A DNA stretch of 64,000 nt from assembly GCA_965219995.1 (NCBI GenBank), contig CBDCOX010000002.1:2752001-2816000 (forward strand), in the 5' to 3' direction. The notes under the pieces were generated by a model. It had not been told where the DNA came from. It saw nothing but the letters and a program-made list of their open reading frames with translations, and did no database searches. Shown piece by piece: positions 56,849-64,000 of this stretch. A program made the position numbers and the translations under genes. Positions within the stretch are counted from its first letter, which is position 1, and each line of letters opens with the position of its first letter. This DNA comes from Candidatus Latescibacterota bacterium (GTDB taxonomy: Bacteria; Latescibacterota; UBA2968; GCA-2709665).

Positions 56849-59152
56849 CTATGTTTTCCTTCTGTCAATCGCCATCAACAATGGGGGAAGAAGCAGAAAA
56901 TCGGCAACCAGCGCGAAGATGATCGTGATCGTGACCAGAAGGCCGAGCGCCCAACTCACCTGGAACCCCGACGTTGCGAATACCAGAAAGCCCGCCGACA
57001 GAACCGTAGTGGTTGTCCATAAAGCATGGCCCACGGTGCGGAACGAGTACCGAACGGCTTCAGGCGCGGCGTGACCCTCGCGTCGGGCCTTAAGGTACTT
57101 GCTCAGAAAGTGGATCGTATCGTCCACGACAATCCCGAAAACCACGGCGATGACGACCGATGACGCGATGCCCACGTTGCCCACGAGATATCCCCACAGC
57201 CCGAAACTCATGATCGCCGGGATGAAATTAGGCAGAAGACTCAGGAGCCCGATCCGTACGCTCTTGAAGATCCAGATCAGAATAAACGAAATAAGCGCCA
57301 TGGCCAGAATTGTCCCTCGAAGCATGCTCTTGATGTTCCGCAGCGACAGGTGCGCAAACACAATGCTCAGCCCCGATGCCTCCTGGGTGAAACCGGGCGC
57401 GTTCGTGCGAAGCCAGACCTGTGCGCGTTCATCGAGTTCGCGCAGGTCCCGAGACCATGCGTTTCTGGTGGTGACGACCATGCGCGTCGCGGATTTGGCG
57501 ACGTCGATGCGATCGTTGAGATCGCTTCCGAAGGGCAGCGACAGTTCGTATAGCAACAGGTACTGCGCGGCGAGCTCAGGGTCTTCTGGCAGACGATGAA
57601 AAGCCGGGTCGTCGCCGTGCATGTTCATGTTCAGCCGTTTCATGATGTCCGAAAACACCTGGACGTGAGTCACCTCGGGTTGCTGCCTGTACCACCCGGC
57701 GAAAGCATCGATCCGGCGCAGATATTCCGGGTCGGTGATGCCGCCGTCCCGTCCTGCGTTCAATGAATACTCCAGTTTGTCCAAACCGGTCAGATTCTCG
57801 ATGATAAAGTCCGTATCGCGGCGGAACTCGTAACGGTCATCGAAATATTGAGCCATGTTGTCGCTCAATTCAATGCGGGAAACGCCCAGGACGAGCACGG
57901 CGACAACCAGTACGAGGGCGACCAGCAGGAATCTGCTCCTGGCGATCACGAAGTCGGCGAAACGGTCGAGAAAATGGGTATCGCGAGGACCTCGGGCGGA
58001 CACACGCAACGGCAGGATGGATAACAGGGCGGGCAGCAGGGTGACTGAAAACACGAAAGCACACAAGACACCGAACGCAACGTAGTTACCCAATGTATGG
58101 AAAGGCGGTGAATCCGACGCATTCAGGCTGAGGAACCCCACCGCGGTTGTGACGGAGGTAATGAATACCGGATGGACGTTGATCCGGAATGACTCGACGA
58201 TTGCCGCATTTCTCTCCAGGCCGCGCCTCATGCCAAGCAAAACACTCGTGACGATATGTATGGCGTCCGCCATGGCGATCACCATGACGATAATGGGTAT
58301 TCCCGCGTTCGTGGGGCTGAACACAACGCGGCTCCAGCCGGCGAACCCCACGGTGGTATTGACGACGAACACGATCACGGCAACGATGGCCAACGTGCCG
58401 GAGACCGAGCGCAGAAGGACAATCGTTGCGCCTATAATTATCACAAACACGATCGGCGTGAGGGTCCGCATGTCATCCTGCGTGGCGTCGGAAAAGGTCC
58501 TGTTCATGACGACGTCGCCCGTGACGTGGTAGGCGAACTGCGGATGCCGGACCCGGGCCTGGTTCAGAAGCGAAGCCAGATAGTCGGTAATTTCAACGAC
58601 GGCCCGATCCGGATTCTCCGGAAGGACGAAGTTTATGACGACACCAGCCGTACGACCGTCATGGGAAACCAGGCGGCCGGCGATTTCGACGGCGTTCAGC
58701 GCGGTCTTTTCGATTCGCGCCAGATCGGCGTCACTCAGCCCCTGCGCATCCTCCACAAGAGGCGCTACGACAAGTTCATCCTCGAACGCCTCGCTGTGGG
58801 TATAGTTGGTGAGGGAGTTGACGCGGCTGGAGTACGGGGCGCGCCACGCGGAATCGGTCATATCCACAACCGCGCCGAGACCTTCGCGCGTGAACACGGA
58901 GCCCTCTTCGGGGGTAATGGCAATCAATGCCGCGTTGGACGTGGAGTACGTGTTCTCTAACTCATCGAAAGCGAGGAGCTGCGGATTGTCTTCGCTGAAG
59001 AGTACGCGGTAGTCGTTTGTCACCGTGATGAAACGAGCACCGGCCGTCATGGCGGCCATGAGCAGCGTCGCCAGCACGAGCACAATCCACCGGTAGCGCA
59101 GAATGGCATCTACGTATCGGTCCATGAGCACAATAGTCATCGCCGCTCCCAT
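56849..59152 (-). CDS. MMPL/RND-family transporter
   Basis: Two repeats with large periplasmic loops; 'IAMADAIH', 'TSVTTAVGFLSL', 'GIVVDDTIHFL', 'ALVADFLLLPPLL'. Confidence 0.92.
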   Translation of the reverse strand: MGAAMTIVLMDRYVDAILRYRWIVLVLATLLMAAMTAGARFITVTNDYRVLFSEDNPQLLAFDELENTYSTSNAALIAITPEEGSVFTREGLGAVVDMTDSAWRAPYSSRVNSLTNYTHSEAFEDELVVAPLVEDAQGLSDADLARIEKTALNAVEIAGRLVSHDGRTAGVVINFVLPENPDRAVVEITDYLASLLNQARVRHPQFAYHVTGDVVMNRTFSDATQDDMRTLTPIVFVIIIGATIVLLRSVSGTLAIVAVIVFVVNTTVGFAGWSRVVFSPTNAGIPIIVMVIAMADAIHIVTSVLLGMRRGLERNAAIVESFRINVHPVFITSVTTAVGFLSLNASDSPPFHTLGNYVAFGVLCAFVFSVTLLPALLSILPLRVSARGPRDTHFLDRFADFVIARSRFLLVALVLVVAVLVLGVSRIELSDNMAQYFDDRYEFRRDTDFIIENLTGLDKLEYSLNAGRDGGITDPEYLRRIDAFAGWYRQQPEVTHVQVFSDIMKRLNMNMHGDDPAFHRLPEDPELAAQYLLLYELSLPFGSDLNDRIDVAKSATRMVVTTRNAWSRDLRELDERAQVWLRTNAPGFTQEASGLSIVFAHLSLRNIKSMLRGTILAMALISFILIWIFKSVRIGLLSLLPNFIPAIMSFGLWGYLVGNVGIASSVVIAVVFGIVVDDTIHFLSKYLKARREGHAAPEAVRYSFRTVGHALWTTTTVLSAGFLVFATSGFQVSWALGLLVTITIIFALVADFLLLPPLLMAIDRRKT

Positions 59153-59300
59153 TCCTGTCCGGAAGCGGCGATGACCTGACCGTCATTTGCGGACGACAGC
59201 GTCAACTCCGGTAGATTCAGAGGCATTCGTTCCATTCTGGTTGAATTCTACTGCTACCCATTCGCCGTCGAAGGGCTGTTTTCCCAGGCGCAGGCATCGC

Positions 59301-60473
59301 TCAATACGGGCTTGACTTCGATGACTGGACGTGATCGGGCATCCTGTAGCTCATTCCGCCCAGGCCGGCCTCATCGTACACCGAAATCTCGAGCATCTGG
59401 GTGAAATTTTCCGATCGGATCGATTGCTTGCTTTTCAGCAGATGCTGAAAGCGCTGCTTCAGCCGATATGCCAGAAGTACGCCGAATGTATTGGTTTTTG
59501 GAAACCGCAACTGGTCCGCCAGCTTGTTTCCGATCAGGGACCTTGAAAGGCGGTAGGCCAGGGCCTTCACGTCTCGCTGTTCGTCGGGGTCCTCGATACC
59601 CGCCGTCAGCGGAATGGCCTCGACCAGGGCGTTCGCCATCGTTGCCGAATCGTGATCCGGTTCCGGCTCGCACATCAGCGCGATTTTGAATATCTCCCTT
59701 GCGTGCGCTTCATCGGTAAAGAGGATGGACTCGGGCACACCCATCACGTGACCGGCGTACCGCCAGATCCGAATGATGCTGTCTCTTTCCTCCCGGTTGA
59801 ATACAGCCCCCACGGAAGTCGAGTGTTGCAGCAGTCGCATGGAGAAGACGGTCATCGCGAAACCCAGGTGCGCCGCGCTTAACGGCATGCCCCACGCTCC
59901 GGTATTCCACTCATCGGAATGCGCCAGCAGGTGCCTCACCCGTGCGTGGACGAACCGAAGTCGCATGGACAACTTCCATCCGTCGCCGTCTCTCCGCAAG
60001 CCCCCCGGGAAGAACAGTTCCAGGAGATGGCGGTTATTCTGCATCAGGCGCCTTCGTGCGGTCGAACGGTTCAACACGCGCCCGGTCGTCGCGAAAGACT
60101 TCGCGATCATGGTCGCAAAACCCTCGATCAGTGTGCCCGTAACGAATCCGACAAGCATATTTGTGGTATTCAGATGAAAGGCGCGCATGCCGGATCGGAA
60201 GGACTCGTAGTCGAACCAGGGAGGATCTTCCAGATTATCGAAGAAGTCGCGCATCGACTGAGGGGCATCGCGAAAGGCGTCGTCGTCCTGGTCGATGCCC
60301 GCCTTGATGAACCGGTGCAGTTCCTGCGGAGGCGCGGACGCGACGTCATCCATTACCGGATCGAGCGCCGGGTCGCCGACGGTGGTGTGTCGGATATAGT
60401 TGTCCGCAAGCGCCTGATCGTATTGGCGTGCTTTCGGGTAGCCGTCTATATATGAGGAAGGTACCGTTAAGAT
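59301..60473 (-). CDS. MpaB/Lcp-like (DUF2236) heme oxygenase family protein
   Basis: 'GDPALD', 'PPWFD', 'SFATTGR', 'RRLMQN', 'RLRFVHARVR', 'WGMPLS', 'WRYAGHVMGVP'. Frame is open 40 codons upstream of ATG 60353 to an ATC placed 8 nt after AAGGAG. Confidence 0.8.
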   Translation of the reverse strand: MLTVPSSYIDGYPKARQYDQALADNYIRHTTVGDPALDPVMDDVASAPPQELHRFIKAGIDQDDDAFRDAPQSMRDFFDNLEDPPWFDYESFRSGMRAFHLNTTNMLVGFVTGTLIEGFATMIAKSFATTGRVLNRSTARRRLMQNNRHLLELFFPGGLRRDGDGWKLSMRLRFVHARVRHLLAHSDEWNTGAWGMPLSAAHLGFAMTVFSMRLLQHSTSVGAVFNREERDSIIRIWRYAGHVMGVPESILFTDEAHAREIFKIALMCEPEPDHDSATMANALVEAIPLTAGIEDPDEQRDVKALAYRLSRSLIGNKLADQLRFPKTNTFGVLLAYRLKQRFQHLLKSKQSIRSENFTQMLEISVYDEAGLGGMSYRMPDHVQSSKSSPY

Positions 60474-60569
60474 GCCGATATCTCCTTACGATGTCCTCAA
60501 GGTGTACCTGAACCAGCTGGCAGAATTGCCCTTTTTATCCTCAAGCCGCCGACCCGCTGGTTCAACCAC

Positions 60570-60745
60570 GTGTCCTGTCCCAAAAACACCTCACCGTTCT
60601 TCCGCAGATTCATCCCGTCTCGTTGCGTTGCTTGTGCTGAGCTTGTCGAAGTACCATCGCTTGCCGACCGTGCCGGGTCGGTGGCGCCTCGCGAGACGGG
60701 CGACTCTGCGTCCGAATTCAGACTACTTATTTCTGGGAAAGAACA
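60570..60745 (+). mobile_element. MITE family B, copy 1 (with nested REP palindrome)
   Basis: Starts GTGTCCTGTCCCAAAAA, ends TATTTCTGGGAAAGAACA; homologous to the reverse complement of 62305..62467. Confidence 0.75.
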
Positions 60746-61006
60746 CCAGCAATCACTTAATCTAATACTAAAACACTAAAATATAGCGGCCGATTGCTGC
60801 AAAGTCAACAGCATTCATACGATCAATTCGCCTGGTTTCGGCCATGTACCGTACCCTGGTCCGATGGCGTCGCAGGCAGACGGGATCGCACTGACGTCGT
60901 TTGTCAATCGCTATTCCGGTACACGGAAAACCGGGTCTAAGTCGAAAGAGAACCCCCGGTTACAAGGCGTGTATTTTCTATATTTAGTCTAATCCAAAAT
61001 TAAATC

Positions 61007-61040
61007 TTGACATAGACTGATATGTGCGTTATTTTTCGGT
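61007..61040 (+). promoter_or_regulatory. Sigma70 promoter, leaderless
   Basis: TTGACA-17 nt-TATTTT-5 nt-ATG(61041); no Shine-Dalgarno. Confidence 0.65.
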
Positions 61041-62228
61041 ATGATCACACGCGATCTGACGCCGAGACTTGAGACGTCCGCACGCACATTCCCCTCCATT
61101 ACCCTTACCGGCCCACGGCAAAGTGGAAAAACGACGCTTTGCAGGACCATATTTCCCGATCACCGATACACATCCCTCGAGTCTCCGGACGTTCGTGCAT
61201 TCGCGGTGGAAGATCCGCGAGGATTTCTGGACCAGTTTCCGGACGGCGCCATCATAGACGAGGTGCAGCGCGCACCCGCCCTGCTTTCCTACCTGCAGGG
61301 GATGATCGACGATGATCCGGCGCCAGGACGCTGGGTCCTGACGGGATCGCAGAACCTCTCCCTTCTCGAGTCAGTCAGCCAGTCATTGTCCGGAAGGACC
61401 GCGGTGTACGATCTGTTGCCGCTTACACGGGTGGAAGTCGAGCGGTTTCCCGCGTTTCCCGAGAGTCTTGAAGATGCTCTCTTTGCAGGCTCATACCCCC
61501 GTATATTCGACCGTGGTATGGATCCATCCGAATGGATCCGTTCTTATATCGCCACCTATATCGAACGCGACGTGAGAACCATCATTAACGTGGGAGATCT
61601 CGCGACATTCCAGCGATTTCTCGAATTGTGCGCCGGACGTACGGCTCAGTTGCTCAACCTTTCCGCGCTTGCAGACGACTGCGGGATATCCCAGCCAAGC
61701 GCAAGAGCCTGGCTAAGCATACTTGAAACCAGCTTTATCACCTTCAGGCTGCCGGCGTTCCACGCCAATCTTCGCAAGCGCCTCGTAAAAATGCCCAAAC
61801 TGCACTTCTACGACACGGGGCTTGTCTGCTGGCTGCTCGGTATCCGCACCCCTGAACAGTTAAGGAATCATCCTCTCCGTGGCCCGATTTTCGAGACCTG
61901 GGTCGTCTCGGAGATTGCAAAACACAGAAATAACATGGGCGAAACGGGTGGTATGTCCTTTTACCGGGACCGGAACGGGGCCGAGGCGGACCTCATCATC
62001 CAGCACCCATCCGGCATTGCGCTTGTGGAGTCCAAATCCGCGGAAACGGCGTCGTCGAACCTGTTTGACAGCGTAGGCCGCGTCCAGAAGCACCTCAGCG
62101 CGTTACCCTTGCCGAACTCCCTCTTTATCGCGTACGGTGGCAGACAGCACCAGCGCCGGGCGCGAGGCAGCCTGATTCCGTGGCGCAACATCCACGAAGC
62201 GGCGTTCCTGGACGACCGTTCAGGTTAA
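61041..62228 (+). CDS. AAA_14 ATPase with DUF4143 (PD-(D/E)xK-like) C-terminal domain
   Basis: Walker A 'GPRQSGKTT', Walker B 'IIDEVQ', 'LTGSQ', 'SLSGR', 'KMPKLHFYDTGL', 'EADLI...VESK'. Confidence 0.92.
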   Translation: MITRDLTPRLETSARTFPSITLTGPRQSGKTTLCRTIFPDHRYTSLESPDVRAFAVEDPRGFLDQFPDGAIIDEVQRAPALLSYLQGMIDDDPAPGRWVLTGSQNLSLLESVSQSLSGRTAVYDLLPLTRVEVERFPAFPESLEDALFAGSYPRIFDRGMDPSEWIRSYIATYIERDVRTIINVGDLATFQRFLELCAGRTAQLLNLSALADDCGISQPSARAWLSILETSFITFRLPAFHANLRKRLVKMPKLHFYDTGLVCWLLGIRTPEQLRNHPLRGPIFETWVVSEIAKHRNNMGETGGMSFYRDRNGAEADLIIQHPSGIALVESKSAETASSNLFDSVGRVQKHLSALPLPNSLFIAYGGRQHQRRARGSLIPWRNIHEAAFLDDRSG

Positions 62229-62304
62229 ATCATCCGAAAAACGGTTGTATTGATTGTATTTGATGACGAGCAACGACACTCAGATGGACCGGGGTGCGCG
62301 TCTA

Positions 62305-62467
62305 TTGTTCTGTCCCGGAAATAAGTTGCCTAAATTCGGCCGTCGAGTCGCCCGACTCGCAAGGCGCCAGAGCGCAGGCGACCTGGCCAGGTCGGCGAGC
62401 GAAGGCAACGCTGCGAGACGGGATGAATCGGCGGAAGAATGGTGAGGTATTTTTGGGACAGGACACT
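62305..62467 (-). mobile_element. MITE family B, copy 2, inserted in the 5' end of a kinase gene
   Basis: TIRs TGTTCTGTCCCGGAAATA / TATTTTTGGGACAGGACA; inverted relative to 60570..60745. Confidence 0.75.
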
Positions 62468-63541
62468 GATCCAATCATTGAGATCGCCTCCCGAAAATTC
62501 GATCTCGGCGCCTGCCGTCGTACGTCCCGCCTGACCGGCGGCGTCCTCAACGAGGTGTACCTTGCAGAGACGTCGCGCGGCGATTTCGTGATAAGGGTGA
62601 ATCGCGTCAGACGGTCCATGGACGAGATCGAGCGGCTCTCGGACTTCCTCTTACACCTCGACCGGAGCGGAATTCCAGTGGACGGGTTTGTTCGGACGGC
62701 CGGCGGACAGGTCGCCGTGGCCTTCGATGACGAACTTCTGTCTGTGCATCGATGTCTCCCGGGAACGGTTTACCCTTCTCCGGCGGATCTGACGGACAGC
62801 CAGGCGGCGAACATGATGAGGTTCCTCGCGGACTACCACTCCGCGGCGGGTCGATACCGCACAAATGGGGGGCTCGCGATCCGGAATGAATCGGTGCCGG
62901 TCATCTACACCGACGATCCGGCCCTCCTGAAAGGACGTTTCGAAAGCCTCCCGCAACCCACCCCGGTCGTAGAATCCGCCGTCAATGGCGCAATCGAACG
63001 GCTGGCTGGGTTCTTTTCCTCCGGACGATACCAGGAACTCCCACGGACCTGGATCCACGGCGATTACAGGTCCTGCAACGTGGCGTTCAATAGAGACCGG
63101 TTGTGCGGGCTGTTCGACTGGGACCTGCTATGCGACGGACCCCGGTTGTGGGACGTTGTGGTTGCGTCCAGCAACCTGGCCAGGATGGCTGGAGGGTCTC
63201 CTTCCCGCCAACCGGAAGCGTGGCGTCCCGGATTCGTTCGTCATCTCGCAGCCTACCGGAAGGAAGCACAGCGGCACGGGGCGGACATTACTGAGGCCGA
63301 TATCAGGTCCATTCCACACCTTCTGGCCGCTGATGCGCTTCTTAACGGCGTATATTTCGCGTTGTACCTGAGGAAACTGCCCCTGAAGCCCGGCGAGACC
63401 GGCCACCAGCGCCGTCAGCGGTCGGAAAGGCTGTTGTCGGAGTCCATCGACGACCTCGAAACGATCGACAGTCTGATCGGCGACGGGACGCATGCGTTCA
63501 CTTTAGCCTGTCTGGACGCGGCTGAATATGGCGAAACGTGA
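62423..63541 (+). CDS. Aminoglycoside/homoserine-kinase type II-like phosphotransferase (N-terminus disrupted by MITE)
   Basis: 'GGVLNEVY', 'FVIRV', 'LADYH', Brenner motif 'IHGDYRSCNV', 'LFDWD'; start uncertain. Confidence 0.8.
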   Translation: MNRRKNGEVFLGQDTDPIIEIASRKFDLGACRRTSRLTGGVLNEVYLAETSRGDFVIRVNRVRRSMDEIERLSDFLLHLDRSGIPVDGFVRTAGGQVAVAFDDELLSVHRCLPGTVYPSPADLTDSQAANMMRFLADYHSAAGRYRTNGGLAIRNESVPVIYTDDPALLKGRFESLPQPTPVVESAVNGAIERLAGFFSSGRYQELPRTWIHGDYRSCNVAFNRDRLCGLFDWDLLCDGPRLWDVVVASSNLARMAGGSPSRQPEAWRPGFVRHLAAYRKEAQRHGADITEADIRSIPHLLAADALLNGVYFALYLRKLPLKPGETGHQRRQRSERLLSESIDDLETIDSLIGDGTHAFTLACLDAAEYGET

Positions 63542-63629
63542 TAGGCTATTTCAAAATTGAATTTTAGTTTGGACTGTTTTCCGCGCCAGGCATGACCCAT
63601 TGCACAGAATGTGTACCGGAAAGGTAGAT

Positions 63630-64000
63630 ATGGATCTGGATCGGGTTGTCACGCGACTGGGAATCCAGCAGAGCCGGGAGGTCCTCAAGCCGGTATGGGA
63701 GGTCTCCCAGCGCGCGATGCCGGGCGGTGAGCTGCCTTTTCTTTCACCTGGTTATGTGAGAGAGGCCTGCGGTGGCATCTATCTGCCGGAAGAAATCGTG
63801 CAGGCTGCCGTCGCCGCTGCGGCCCGTGTCGCGGCAAGCCCCGCAATGCGCTCCCTGGCCTGGCACTGCCACTGGTGTCTCTACAACGTGGACGGATATC
63901 CCAGCCGTCAGGCCGATCACTGGCCGAGTCTGGCCGGCCCGCTCGGGGAGCTGTCAGGTTTCTTCTACCTGCTGGTTCTGCTGTCACGCTTTCCTGAGAT
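63630..64000 (+). CDS. 3'-partial hypothetical protein (resembles DUF5596/acyltransferase-domain proteins)
   Basis: GAAAGG RBS and an open frame to the window end: MDLDRVVTRLGI...W..SQRAMP...LPFL...LAWHCHWCLY...WPSL...FYLLVLL. Confidence 0.55.
   Translation, partial: MDLDRVVTRLGIQQSREVLKPVWEVSQRAMPGGELPFLSPGYVREACGGIYLPEEIVQAAVAAAARVAASPAMRSLAWHCHWCLYNVDGYPSRQADHWPSLAGPLGELSGFFYLLVLLSRFPE

Noticed and set aside
63543-63570. AGGCTATTTCAAAATT resembling the TIR of the 4674 MITE
   Set aside because: No matching partner end was found, and it is too short to support a call.

Overview
High-GC bacterial window with no rRNA, tRNA or CRISPR array. The gene content (PorV-like barrel after a T9SS-type C-terminal-domain protein, DUF6785-type membrane proteins, many PhyH dioxygenases and glycosidase-like folds) resembles uncultured FCB-group lineages such as Latescibacterota/Poribacteria; that taxonomy is inference. 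Most of 2.4-53.9 kb is a + strand catabolic region built from repeated paralog families: four ~640-670 aa DUF6785/DUF6784-type polytopic membrane proteins, four Fe/2OG dioxygenases, three GH42-like TIM barrels, four five-bladed propellers, two C45 Ntn-hydrolases and two deacetylase-like proteins. It also holds a sialidase-like protein, CocE, SGNH, an amidohydrolase, an enolase-family dehydratase and an Ldh2 oxidoreductase. No ABC, MFS, TRAP or SSS transporter was recognised there, so the DUF6785 family is the best candidate uptake system. Other highlights: (1) a promoter-driven, G-U-rich ~210-250 nt structured RNA upstream of a DoxX gene; (2) a PhyH enzyme with a halogenase-like HxG motif; (3) a minus-strand operon of MpaB-oxygenase, MMPL, LolA-like protein, beta-barrel and intradiol dioxygenase, whose first gene appears to lack a canonical start codon; (4) HicAB and VapBC toxin-antitoxin modules with leaderless promoters; (5) several MITE/REP-like repeat families, one interrupting a kinase gene. 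All family calls come from motif recognition by eye; no database search was run.
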